64,000 nt of DNA, taken from assembly GCA_965219995.1 (NCBI GenBank), contig CBDCOX010000002.1, positions 4,416,001 through 4,480,000 on the forward strand, read 5' to 3'. Positions 49,236-58,932 of the stretch are shown here, one piece after another (within the stretch, counting starts at the first letter, position 1; the number at the start of each line of letters is the position of its first letter). The DNA comes from Candidatus Latescibacterota bacterium (GTDB lineage Bacteria > Latescibacterota > UBA2968 > GCA-2709665). The position numbers and the translations under genes were made by a program. The notes beneath the pieces are model-generated. The model worked only from the letters and a program-made list of their open reading frames with translations, ran no database searches and was not told the origin of the DNA.

Positions 49236-49614
49236 GGTTTCTCCGTATTGAGCCGGCCCCGGCATTGCGCGCGGGCTGCGCCGTCGCAACAGGGGATTCC
49301 GGAGATCTGAACAAAAAAAGGGTGGGCGAACGGCAAAGTACGGCGGGGATTACAACCTGTCAACCCGAAACATGGATCGAGGCGCTTGAGATATAGTAGG
49401 CAAGGAAACTCACATGGATGGACAGGATGGGCAGGATAAAACCGTAAAAGCACGAGAAAGGCACGAGAGAACGAGTAAAGGCAATGTACGAAAAGCGGTG
49501 GGGGATTTCAGCGCGTTTCGTCAACGGGCAGCATAAGGTTATTACCAGCAGCAGTAAACAGTTGACGTCTTAAGCTCCTGCCAAGGTGTGAAGGGACTTG
49601 CCCGAACGGGGACG

Positions 49615-49727
49615 CTGAGCTTGTCGAATCGCCCGCGTTTCGGCGCCTATATGACCCTTCGCCGACCCTTCGACAAGCTCAGGGAGCGGCTCAGGGTGCC
49701 AGGTCAATGGCGTGAGATATTGTGAAC
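49615..49727. repeat. REP/MITE-like intergenic element, copy 2, with an inverted arm
   Basis: Matches 996-1085; ctgagcttgtcgaa (49615-49628) is the exact reverse complement of ttcgacaagctcag (49669-49682). Confidence 0.8.
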
Positions 49728-49878
49728 GGTAGTGTGCTCCCTGCAATAAGTGAACGCGCTTTGAGAAGAAGCCTCGCTCTAAGACCCCTTCGTGTATTCC
49801 ATTGTCTCCAAAAAGCCGGTATATTTGACGCGACCAATCCCTGGCGATCAGTCCGAGTTGTCTCAAGCGAATACCGCT

Positions 49879-52077
49879 ATGGAGCGTTTTACAGTAGAAC
49901 ATCTGCTTCAATTGAAGGTGCCGGCAACGCGGATACCCTTTGATCTCAGTTCCGATGGGCGGTTTCTGGCGCTTACGATGGTGGCCGTCGGCCGCAGCCC
50001 ATCAGTATTGAGATCCGGAGAGCATTCGGGCGTTCCACAGGAAGTCATGCGGCCTACGGTGGTCGTCGTCGATACCGAGGCGTCCGATTTTGTATATCCA
50101 TTCGGCGAAACCGCGGTCTCCTGGGCGCCTCAGTGGTCACCGGACGGTCACCGTCTCGCGGCATACATTCAGAAAGATGACAATCCGGCCTGCCTGGCGA
50201 TATGGGACCGGAACACGTCGACGACGGAAGTGTACGAGGACGCGAAATACGTCGGCGATTACGGGTTTGAGGTCCCCAGGTGGACAAACGACGGACGCCG
50301 GATTCTGATGAAAGCGGATCCCGGGAAACAGGATGCCGGCGCCGAAGATTCCGGAGAGAATGGCATTCAACGGCGGACTTCCGCCGAATCGGTTGTCGTC
50401 CCGATTGATGACTGGGAGAAGCGGGGAGACCTCATCGCGGTGGACGTGGGGTCGCGGGAGGTTTCGGTGTTGGCGGAAAACTGGTCGTTTCGATGCTGGC
50501 GCCCGTCCCCCGACGGGACTCACGTTGCCTGTTTGCGCATCGAGGGACACAATAAGGTTTCTGGTGGGAACGTAAGCGGTCTGATGGTCATCGACATCGA
50601 CCGTCGGAAGACGCTGTGTGCCGCCCGCGGGATCGTGCAGTCGTATACGACCGCATTCAACTGGTCGCCGGACGGCACGCGGCTATGCTATATGACGTGG
50701 GGTGGGGAGAACTCCGGCCATCTCCATGTGGTCGAGAAGGATGGAGGGAGCGGACCGATCGATATTGCGGGTGAAAGCGGCGCGTACATCAGAAAAATCG
50801 ATGCGTTCTACGAAGCGCCGCCAAGGTGGCGCCCAGATTCCACGGAGATACTGCAGCCGGTCCCAGGGGGAATCTGGGTTATCGAAGCATCCGGGGCGGC
50901 TCAGCGAAAACTGCCGGTACCGGACGGTTACAGGGTGTCCACCTGGTTGCTCCAGCAAGAAAGTCCGGTTGTGAATGGCGGCAGGATACCCCTCGCCGTT
51001 ACTCGTAAGGATGAGACGCTCTGTATCGCGGAGCTGGACCTCGAAAGCGGGGCGTTTCGGGAGATGCTCGAGTTAGACGGCGCCATCCAGTCTTGTACGC
51101 TGCTGAATGAGGCGTCAGGTGACGGCGGTACGATATTCATCGCGCGGGAAACCGCAATAAAGCCGCCTGAAGTCATCAGAATCTGCCGAAGCGGCGGCGT
51201 CACGGGCGTTTTCGATCCGCTGCCTTCGATCGATTCTATCAGTATGGGCACGCCGGAGCTTGTTGAGTTCGAATTGGACGACCAGGAGAGCTACAAGGCG
51301 GCTCTGATGCTGCCACCCGGTTTCGATGGAAGGCGTCCCCTTCCGGCAATCACCGTGGTCTACGGCGATTCCTCATACTCGGAGGATATAAACAGATTCG
51401 GATTTATGGAAACCCCATCCGAGGACAACGCCCACTTTCTGGCGCACCGGGGTTACGCGGTGGTGTACCCGGATACCGACCTTTCTGGACGCGACCCGAT
51501 GATTGAGATTGCGGCCAGAACGACGCCCGTGATCGAGCACCTGATCGATCGGGGAACCATCGACCCGAACCGGATCGGACTGTACGGTCACAGTTACGGC
51601 GCTTATTCCGTGCTGGCGCTCCTGGCCCAGACAAAGCTCTTCACGGCCGCCGTATGCAACGCGCCGATTGCGAATTTGACCAGTTTCTACAGTCAGCAGG
51701 ACTGGTACTGGTTCGAGTCGGGACAGGGTGGAATGGGAAAGCCGCCCTGGGACGATCCCGAGGCGTACGTCCGCAACTCACCCCTGTTCCTTCTGGATCA
51801 AATCGAGGCGTCGTTGCTGCTCGTCAACGGCAGCGAAGACACCGCCGCTTCAAGGCAGGCCGAGGAAGTGTTCAAGGGGCTGTTGAGGCTCGGACGGAAA
51901 GTGGAGTGGATCCAATATGAAGGCGCAGACCATTTCACGCCTGAGTGGGAGCACACGAAGCTCGAACATCTGTGCAATACCATGCTCGACTGGTTCGATG
52001 AACACCTGTGGAGTCATTCCCGGTTCTCTACGCGTCCTCCCTCGTATCCCTCCGCATTCTTCCAATTCCAACCTTGA
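49879..52077 (+). CDS. S9 family (prolyl oligopeptidase-like) peptidase with N-terminal beta-propeller
   Basis: WSPDG repeats; GHSYG nucleophile, GSED Asp, GADH His; start uncertain. Confidence 0.88.
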   Translation: MERFTVEHLLQLKVPATRIPFDLSSDGRFLALTMVAVGRSPSVLRSGEHSGVPQEVMRPTVVVVDTEASDFVYPFGETAVSWAPQWSPDGHRLAAYIQKDDNPACLAIWDRNTSTTEVYEDAKYVGDYGFEVPRWTNDGRRILMKADPGKQDAGAEDSGENGIQRRTSAESVVVPIDDWEKRGDLIAVDVGSREVSVLAENWSFRCWRPSPDGTHVACLRIEGHNKVSGGNVSGLMVIDIDRRKTLCAARGIVQSYTTAFNWSPDGTRLCYMTWGGENSGHLHVVEKDGGSGPIDIAGESGAYIRKIDAFYEAPPRWRPDSTEILQPVPGGIWVIEASGAAQRKLPVPDGYRVSTWLLQQESPVVNGGRIPLAVTRKDETLCIAELDLESGAFREMLELDGAIQSCTLLNEASGDGGTIFIARETAIKPPEVIRICRSGGVTGVFDPLPSIDSISMGTPELVEFELDDQESYKAALMLPPGFDGRRPLPAITVVYGDSSYSEDINRFGFMETPSEDNAHFLAHRGYAVVYPDTDLSGRDPMIEIAARTTPVIEHLIDRGTIDPNRIGLYGHSYGAYSVLALLAQTKLFTAAVCNAPIANLTSFYSQQDWYWFESGQGGMGKPPWDDPEAYVRNSPLFLLDQIEASLLLVNGSEDTAASRQAEEVFKGLLRLGRKVEWIQYEGADHFTPEWEHTKLEHLCNTMLDWFDEHLWSHSRFSTRPPSYPSAFFQFQP

Positions 52078-52102
52078 CGGCGGAATCGAAAAATACTATA
52101 CT
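52074..52102 (+). promoter_or_regulatory. Consensus-like sigma70 promoter, copy A (orphan)
   Basis: TTGACG-17 bp-TATACT; flanks resemble 53386-53414. Confidence 0.6.
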
Positions 52103-52611
52103 GATGTGCAGTATGTTGATTTTCTTTAATGAGTTTGCACGTCTCGTCAGTCAGGACCCGTTTTTCCGGCGAATTTGAAGCAGGTCAGGGAGTTGATTTC
52201 GAAGACATTCGGAGACCGGGAAGCGTTATTTGACCTTAAGGTGCGGGCTGTCGTTGGTAAGAATCTCGTTGCCAGGTGGCATTCTTCGCCCGAAAGAGTG
52301 CCGGAGGTCGACCTGTTGACGTTATCCGTGGAATCCAACAAGACAAACCGGGTAGAAATCGTCGGGTGAAATCTGCGAATCCTACAACGAGAAGAACGTG
52401 GCGAATGAATAGACTTGACTTTTCGCTGTTTGTTCAGAAAGACCCTTGTTAGTCACGCCCTGGTCGCGTATATTTCGGTTAGTCCTTGTCAACAATCAGC
52501 GTAATCCGCGGGTCGGGCAGTCAGCCGAATACAACAACCACCGACCCCGTTGAGGGGTAAGCGCCCCGATACCTTGCGGTGTCTGTAGCGGAAAACTGCT
52601 CAGGGTGTATA

Positions 52612-52818
52612 ATGGATGCGGTCATATGGATAAATCTCGCGGGTGTGCTGGCTATCCTGGGCCTGGGGTGGCGTGGATACAGCAAGCTCGACAGCAAGAT
52701 AGATACCCTGGGTAGCAAACGGGAGGAAAGAATCGCCAACCTTGGCGAGCGAGTTGCTCGCATCGAGGGTATGATGTCTGTGACGTATCGCCACGAGGAG
52801 CCGAAGGAACCAACCTGA
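52612..52818 (+). CDS. Small single-TM coiled-coil protein next to the IS1595 remnant
   Basis: MDAVIWINLAGVLAILGLGW...LGERVARIEG. Confidence 0.55.
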   Translation: MDAVIWINLAGVLAILGLGWRGYSKLDSKIDTLGSKREERIANLGERVARIEGMMSVTYRHEEPKEPT

Positions 52819-53126
52819 CCGATCAAGTCCCTGTATTTGAGCCGTCCGCCAACCATCACCGAGACGAACACGCCCATCCGGTCGCTCACGAAATTCCCAA
52901 CTGAGCACTTTTCCGATCGATTCCTCACGCCTCGCGTCTCCGGTCAGCCTGGAGCGATGTCCCCATATCCGGTGGCGTTCCCTTCCGCGTGCCACGCCAA
53001 GTAGCCCTTCCCTGCAGCTCCTGCAATTACTTCGGTAACCTCAACATCGCCGTTCGTTATTCTGTGCCGGATCCCCGCGACAACGGACTTGCCAACCGTG
53101 CAGCGTCCTCCGTTCAATATTAGCGG
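52815..53126 (-). pseudogene. Degenerate IS1595-family (ISXO2-like) transposase fragments
   Basis: LNGGRCTVGKSVVAGIRHRITN...HAEGNATGYGD (52944-53126) and C-terminal MVGGRLKYRDLI resemble IS1595 motifs GRGTVGK, TVYTD and GKRLxYxDLI. Confidence 0.65.
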
Positions 53127-53385
53127 GTCTGTGTTCCAGGTGATATCGGTATTGGCGAGTTGCCCTCAGACGGATACACGGGATAACAGCACCGGAACTC
53201 ACGCGATCAGTGGGTCTCGGTCTTTGTCCTGTCTATCCTGCCCCTTTAAATCAAGAAAACAGAACCTACACGGATGGAAAGGATGGAAAGGATAAAATCC
53301 GAACAGGCGGAAGCATGCTACCTATTCTCTGCTTTAGCGATGAATCCGCCCACCCTGAAACCCCGATGCTTCGACCGAATCCAAC

Positions 53386-53414
53386 TTGACATCGATCTGG
53401 TAAAATACTATACT
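53386..53414 (+). promoter_or_regulatory. Consensus-like sigma70 promoter, copy B
   Basis: TTGACA-17 bp-TATACT. Confidence 0.65.
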
Positions 53415-53449
53415 AACGTGCACTATTTTCTTTCTTCGAACGAATTTCC

Positions 53450-53523
53450 ATGTCCCGGAAGAGCGCAACCGAGTGGGTCAACGGTGCCTGTAACCCGGTT
53501 GCCGGACGGACAAAGGTCAGCCT
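53450..53523 (+). pseudogene. Decayed duplicate of the 5' end of the DUF5131 gene
   Basis: Encodes MSRKSATEWVNGACNPVAGRTKVS versus MSRKSAIEWTNATWNPVTGCTKVS at 53704. Confidence 0.8.
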
Positions 53524-53703
53524 CATAGGTTCAAAACATACGGAGTTACTGCATTTGTTGATTGCAAGTCTGGCTTCGTGATTTCCTGGTGTCGGTTGTT
53601 CCCCGCATAGTCAGTATAATACGCAGTCTGTCGTATTGGTTTTTCGCTTTCATCCTGTTTGTCCTGTGCATCCATGTTTCCAGTCTGAGCAAAGGGAAAC
53701 CAA

Positions 53704-54573
53704 ATGTCCCGGAAGAGCGCTATTGAGTGGACAAACGCCACCTGGAATCCGGTAACCGGATGCACGAAGGTCAGCCCCGGCTGCGACCACTGCTATGCCG
53801 AACGGCTGTCCGAGCGGTTCCGAGGCGTCGAGGGACACCCGTTCGAGACCGGCTTCGACCTGACGCTTCGACCCGCGCGCCTGGAACAGCCGCTGGGGTG
53901 GCGTCGGCCACAGCTCATTTTCGTCAATTCGATGAGCGACCTCTTCCACAAGGATATTCCTGCGGACTACATTCATGGCGTATTCGACACCATGGAACGC
54001 GCGGACTGGCACATCTACCAGGTGCTCACCAAGCGCAGTTCCCTGATGCGCCGCTTCGTCGAAGAACGGTATCCGAACGGACCGGCGCCACCACATATCT
54101 GGCTCGGCGTCTCCATCGAGAACGACGCGGCGCTCACGCGGCTCCGACATCTCAAGGAGACCAACGCATCCGTCCGTTTCGTCTCATTCGAGCCCCTGAT
54201 CGGCCCAATCGGGACGGTGAATCTTGAGGATGTTCACTGGGTGATTGCGGGAGGGGAAAGCGGACCCGGAGCGCGTCCGATTGAGGCAGAATGGGTACGT
54301 GAATTGCGGAACCAGTGCGAGACCCAACACGTGGCCTTCTTCTTCAAACAATGGGGCGGACGGACACCAAAAGCGGGAGGCAATACTCTGGACGGAAGGC
54401 AGTGGATGGAGTATCCGGGGATTGAGCCTGGCGCAATATCAAACTCAACTCTGCAAGCGGCCGGTGCACCGGTAGATGACGAAATCGTTACGATGAATGT
54501 CGATGCGTCGTTAACCAAGAAACGCAAGTCCCTCCGGTATAAGCCATGGCGGCCTTACTACCAACGATCCTGA
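53704..54573 (+). CDS. DUF5131 / phage Gp37-Gp68 family protein (three-Cys, radical-SAM-like)
   Basis: IEWT..TWNPVTGCTKVSPGCDHCYA, FVNSMSDLFH, LTKR, SFEPL, WVIAGGESG, FFFKQWGG. Confidence 0.92.
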   Translation: MSRKSAIEWTNATWNPVTGCTKVSPGCDHCYAERLSERFRGVEGHPFETGFDLTLRPARLEQPLGWRRPQLIFVNSMSDLFHKDIPADYIHGVFDTMERADWHIYQVLTKRSSLMRRFVEERYPNGPAPPHIWLGVSIENDAALTRLRHLKETNASVRFVSFEPLIGPIGTVNLEDVHWVIAGGESGPGARPIEAEWVRELRNQCETQHVAFFFKQWGGRTPKAGGNTLDGRQWMEYPGIEPGAISNSTLQAAGAPVDDEIVTMNVDASLTKKRKSLRYKPWRPYYQRS

Positions 54574-54701
54574 CGTGAGGCAGAGCCGGGGGACATCGTA
54601 ATCGCGTTTCGCGCCAGATATGAAGTCGAGACAGACGCTCAAGAGTTCGCAGTCTCGAAATTCATCGTAATGCCAGGTTCGGATTCTTTACAGGGGATGG
54701 G

Positions 54702-55745
54702 ATGGCCAACCTTAGATACACCTCGGGTGGATTCCCGTCGGATTTATGGCCCAATCTGAAGGAACCGAGCCATCTGGAGGTATCGTGGGTGGAAATGGTC
54801 TGGGCTGCAATTACCGTAGGACGCGAAAGCATCTATGACGTATATGGGCACGGGTTTGAGTCGCTGCTGGAAATAATTTACCGATCAGCGATGGTTCGGG
54901 CGAATCTGAGCTCTTCGCGTATAGAAGGATTTAATAAAACGGACGCATACAAGGATCTTGATCCATCGGAAAAATCTGCGGTTTCGTATTTCTTGGGACT
55001 CTCCGTCGCAAAGCTCGCGGCCCACCGGTTATTTGGGATACCTTGGCTTATTCATCTGGATCGTGTTCCTGACTGCGGCAAAACCCTAGAGGGAAAAAGC
55101 CGTCCGGACCTCGTTGGCCTGGATAATGCGGGAAAATGGTGTGTTTTCGAAGCAAAAGGTCGAACAGGTCCCATCGACAATGACACGATTCGAAGGGCGA
55201 GGGAGCAAACTCACGGATTAACGAGGATATATGGAAACGCTCCATCGATTAGAGTTGCTGCCATCTCCCATTTTCGCAATGGAGGACTTGAGTTACACTT
55301 GGAAAACTCAAATGGAGTCGACTCAGTTACCGACGATCCTGAAATACCCGACGGAGAAAATTACTTCTTGAGATCCTATTATGGACCCTTTGTGTCTCTT
55401 ATTGAATACGCCACATCCCTTTTCGATGAAACCAGTACTCGGAGGATAGAATTCGAGCATGAAGGAAATCGAAAGATAAATGCAGTGGAACTCTCTGCAT
55501 TGGGTCTGATCGTGGGAATGGATTCTTTCGTACAAGAAGCACTTAAGCAGGGCGCTCGGGAGCAGGACGCCTTGAACCGCGATGCTGGTCTAAGGTATCG
55601 ACTTGCAGCACAACCTAAAGCTATTCCTGAATTCCAAGCCGAAGCCCAGGTCGGTGTTTCGCGATTCGATGGATACGCGTCATTCTTGGGACCTGACGGG
55701 ATATTTGTCGGCCTCGGGCCGTCGTGGGACCAAGTGAAACAGTAA
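54702..55745 (+). CDS. Hypothetical protein with PD-(D/E)xK nuclease-like motif
   Basis: SRPDLVG...WCVFEAKGR followed by a helix ending REQT. Confidence 0.65.
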   Translation: MANLRYTSGGFPSDLWPNLKEPSHLEVSWVEMVWAAITVGRESIYDVYGHGFESLLEIIYRSAMVRANLSSSRIEGFNKTDAYKDLDPSEKSAVSYFLGLSVAKLAAHRLFGIPWLIHLDRVPDCGKTLEGKSRPDLVGLDNAGKWCVFEAKGRTGPIDNDTIRRAREQTHGLTRIYGNAPSIRVAAISHFRNGGLELHLENSNGVDSVTDDPEIPDGENYFLRSYYGPFVSLIEYATSLFDETSTRRIEFEHEGNRKINAVELSALGLIVGMDSFVQEALKQGAREQDALNRDAGLRYRLAAQPKAIPEFQAEAQVGVSRFDGYASFLGPDGIFVGLGPSWDQVKQ

Positions 55746-55966
55746 GGGGACCTACAGTCAACTGAACCGGAAGTGCTGTGAAGTCAAGCTCCTAGCGTCG
55801 CGGACCAACCGATGCTGGCGACGAGTTGGTATTCGCCATCGATTGACACAGCCTGAGATTTACATTATGATATCGGTCCAGATTCCGCTGGAGATATCGG
55901 CCATCTATGGGTTTGAGCGGGCAGGGTGCGGTGGGCCTCGATTGAACGCATCGTGACCGCCAATGT

Positions 55967-56494
55967 ATGTGGATTTGGGGGTGTCGGATGGAAGCCATGT
56001 CAGATCGAAACAACCAAGCTGGAAAGTTGACCGTTGTGTTCTTCACTCTTGTCGTTCTGGCAGGATTCCAACCCGGATACACGGAGGAACTGGTATCTGA
56101 GCAGTTACGTGAATCTGCGGGGCACGGCGACATCATCGCTCAACTTAAACTCGCCGCGTACTTGAGTGGGCTCGAGGCGCACCGGCATCACGTAGAGGCT
56201 ATAAGGTGGTATCGGATGGCCGCCGAACAGGGAAGTGTCACCGCACAAGTCAGACTGGCCGAAATGCACGAAGATGGCAAAGGAGTGCCGAAGGATGACC
56301 GGGAGGCCGTGATTTGGTACCGTAAAGCTGCCGAACAGGGAAATTTCGCAGGTCAGGCGAACTTGGCTCACATATACAGAAATGGTGAGGGAGTGCCGGA
56401 GGGTGACCGGGAGGCCGTGAAATGGTACTGGAAGGCCGCCGAGCAGAAGCCGGGGCTTCAGTCGCCTCGGCTTTTATTATGGGCTAAATTGTGA
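55967..56494 (+). CDS. Sel1-like repeat protein, possibly 3'-truncated
   Basis: WYRMAAEQG, GKGVPKDDREAVIWYRKAAEQG, GEGVPEGDREAVKWYWKAAEQ with 108-bp period. Confidence 0.75.
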   Translation: MWIWGCRMEAMSDRNNQAGKLTVVFFTLVVLAGFQPGYTEELVSEQLRESAGHGDIIAQLKLAAYLSGLEAHRHHVEAIRWYRMAAEQGSVTAQVRLAEMHEDGKGVPKDDREAVIWYRKAAEQGNFAGQANLAHIYRNGEGVPEGDREAVKWYWKAAEQKPGLQSPRLLLWAKL

Positions 56495-56544
56495 AGGGTT
56501 TCGGAGTACGGTCGTCAGGACACCTCTGCCAATTGAGCGTGTCG

Positions 56545-57435
56545 TTAGCGCCGAAACCTCGGGGTCCAACTGTCCATCAATGCTTCGTCAGAATCTTGTT
56601 CTTCGATATAGCTATCATAATCCAAATCAGGGCAGGTGAGAACCGTCAGCACGCGCCCATAGTTCCCAAGTTCAACTACTTCCTCCTGGGCCACGACTGA
56701 CCTGTGGCCGCCAAGCCAGGTCGCGATCTCGACCTCACCATTGGCACGCGATTCCTTCGGTTCGCCATCGGTACCGTTTAAAACTGACTCAGTAACGGTT
56801 TCCGACGGCACCAGCATACCCTTTCGCGGCCAATCTATACCTCTCAACGACTTCATCTTATCGGACATAAAACAATAGTCAACTGTGCCACTGCTGCTGA
56901 CAACGATGGCCACAGCCCCGTCTGTAAGCCCAACATATCGGATCGCCGCTGCAGTAAGAGAGGCTATCGCCTTTTCTCGAACGGCCTCGATACATTTGAG
57001 ACCGGCATCCGTGCCATATATGACTTGGCGAACGAGAGTAGTCGGCATCAACAGACCAGCTGCGAAGTAGTCTGCCTCACGTTCGTAACGATCAATAGAG
57101 ACAAATTCTGCCCGTGAATGATGTTCATCCTCTTCGAAAGGAATATGATCAAGATGACCGTCGATAAAGTAGTGCCCGAGTTCATGGGCGATGCTGAATC
57201 GCTGAAAACCTTCGTTCGGAACTCGAGTGGAGTAAAGTATCCCAAAGGAATCGCCATGGCGAAGCAGCATGCCCGATACGCCTTTTCTTGGCGATTGCAT
57301 CGTTTGTACAATTATCCCGCGGGTCTGTGCTAATGTCTTTAGATCCACGGGCAGAGCCAGAAGGTTTTCTTCTTTAAGTAACCGTTCGGCTTGGCGCAGA
57401 AGCGACTTACCTCGATGTTCGGATACGAGATTCAT
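56545..57435 (-). CDS. ImmA/IrrE family metallopeptidase (CapP-like)
   Basis: RFSIAHELGHY and EREADYFAAGLLMP; start overlaps the HTH gene stop; divergent from CBASS. Confidence 0.88.
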   Translation of the reverse strand: MNLVSEHRGKSLLRQAERLLKEENLLALPVDLKTLAQTRGIIVQTMQSPRKGVSGMLLRHGDSFGILYSTRVPNEGFQRFSIAHELGHYFIDGHLDHIPFEEDEHHSRAEFVSIDRYEREADYFAAGLLMPTTLVRQVIYGTDAGLKCIEAVREKAIASLTAAAIRYVGLTDGAVAIVVSSSGTVDYCFMSDKMKSLRGIDWPRKGMLVPSETVTESVLNGTDGEPKESRANGEVEIATWLGGHRSVVAQEEVVELGNYGRVLTVLTCPDLDYDSYIEEQDSDEALMDSWTPRFRR

Positions 57436-57791
57436 CGCTCCTCACTGTCGTGTTGCCCACGGTCTCGAGCGGCCAGAAAGCGCAAGAAGTCCTCGGCGGT
57501 TTGGCGGTTCTCGCCGGTAAGATTCACAACGTCACGATACAGCGGGTCGGCCGAAACCGCCGTGTTGGGATCATCAGCTCTTCCAACTAGATAATCCGTC
57601 GTCACATTAAGTGCGTTCGCTAGTTTTCTAAGGTTGTCAAACGACGGCTTTCTGTTGCCGCCCTCGAAATGGGCGATGGAACTGGGTGGCAGCCCGACCG
57701 CTTTTGCGAGCTCAGCTTGAGTCATGCGTCGCAGGTTTTCTCGTGCTGAACGCAGGCGGTATTGGAAAAATTCGGACGGTCTTTGGGGCAT
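57432..57791 (-). CDS. XRE HTH repressor (CapH-like)
   Basis: MTQAELAKAVGLPPSSIAHFEGGNRKPSFDNLRKLANALNVTTDYLVG. Confidence 0.88.
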   Translation of the reverse strand: MPQRPSEFFQYRLRSARENLRRMTQAELAKAVGLPPSSIAHFEGGNRKPSFDNLRKLANALNVTTDYLVGRADDPNTAVSADPLYRDVVNLTGENRQTAEDFLRFLAARDRGQHDSEER

Positions 57792-57804
57792 TTTTCTCTT
57801 TTTA

Positions 57805-57854
57805 TGTCGATTTCGACAATATAACTTGACGAATATATCGAAATCCTGTATCTT
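57805..57854 (+). promoter_or_regulatory. CBASS promoter with palindromic operator
   Basis: Palindrome TGTCGA-TT-TCGACA (57805-57818); TTGACG-17 bp-TATCTT (57826-57854); TCGAAATC in the spacer is the inverse of GATTTCGA in the palindrome. Confidence 0.65.
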
Positions 57855-57948
57855 CATTTATCAAGATAACATAACAGGGGTCATTTTTGCAAGCGCCAAT
57901 TTTTCCGAGGGGATTTTGTGGCTTTCTGTAGGGGAGAAAACCGAAAAT

Positions 57949-58932
57949 ATGTGTAAGCCTTTTCACATTTTGTCCATTGATGGCGGCGGACACCGTGGGA
58001 TTTTTGCTGCCCACATATTGAAGAGAATGGAAGAGGAGTGGCAGATTGATTGGCAACGACAATTCGGAATGCTGGCAGGCACCAGTTCAGGTGCAATTTT
58101 GGCTGCCGGATTGGCTTCTCAGATTTCAGCAACGCACCTAACTGAATTCTACGAGACCCATGGAAGCGACATTTTCACGCCAAGAAGACGGGCGTACCCA
58201 GATCCTTTCAAGCTATTCACGAGCCGGTATTCAAGCCCGAAGCTAAAGAAACTCCTTGAGAAGGAGTTCGGTGAAACGCTGCTTGGCGAGATAAAGATCC
58301 CGCTCATTCTACCTGCTGTCGACGTCGGCAACGGATGCGTACATGTCCTTAAGTCCAGGTACGATCCTTCGTTTACCAGGGACTATAGGGTGCGTGTGTC
58401 GGATGCTGTTCTAGCGTCGTGCTCTGCGCCGACTTACTTCGACCCTGTTGTAATTGATGACAAATACCGGCTTGTTGATGGGGGACTCTGGGCTAACAGT
58501 CCGTCTCTAGTGGCAGCAATTGATGCCAACTACCGCCTCAAAATTCCACTTGAGAAAATCAGAGTGCTTTCCATTGGTACCGGAAAAAGCAAAGTGTTCT
58601 ATCCTAGGAGCGATGGTAGGTTTAGAGACTACTTACTTCGAAGTTGGCAGGGTTGGGGCTTTGTGACTCGTTGGCAGCGCAGTAAGTTCATTGATCTAAT
58701 CCTGAATCTTCAGTCAGAAAATGCCCACAACACGCTCTGCCTTATGTTTGGCGAGAGTCCGATCAATCCGAAACGGGTTCTCCGCTTAAATTTCGAATCG
58801 GATCGGCCGTTGCCCCTGGACTCAGTTAGAAAGCAAAGCGACTGGATTTCTGAAGCGGACCGTACTTTCACCCACCAGTCGGATAAAATAGCACGATTCT
58901 TGTCTGTCAAAGGAGGAAATCAAGATGAATAG
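57949..58932 (+). CDS. Patatin-like phospholipase, CBASS effector (CapV-like)
   Basis: ILSIDGGGHRG, GTSSG, SCSAPTYF, DGGLWAN; overlaps CD-NTase start. Confidence 0.9.
   Translation: MCKPFHILSIDGGGHRGIFAAHILKRMEEEWQIDWQRQFGMLAGTSSGAILAAGLASQISATHLTEFYETHGSDIFTPRRRAYPDPFKLFTSRYSSPKLKKLLEKEFGETLLGEIKIPLILPAVDVGNGCVHVLKSRYDPSFTRDYRVRVSDAVLASCSAPTYFDPVVIDDKYRLVDGGLWANSPSLVAAIDANYRLKIPLEKIRVLSIGTGKSKVFYPRSDGRFRDYLLRSWQGWGFVTRWQRSKFIDLILNLQSENAHNTLCLMFGESPINPKRVLRLNFESDRPLPLDSVRKQSDWISEADRTFTHQSDKIARFLSVKGGNQDE

Noticed and set aside
53704-54573. Prophage inferred from the Gp37/Gp68 family name
   Set aside because: No structural, terminase or integrase genes; this family is common in non-phage islands
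57724-57948. N-terminal extension of the patatin ORF
   Set aside because: Overlaps the divergent HTH gene and promoter; RBS and homology support ATG 57949
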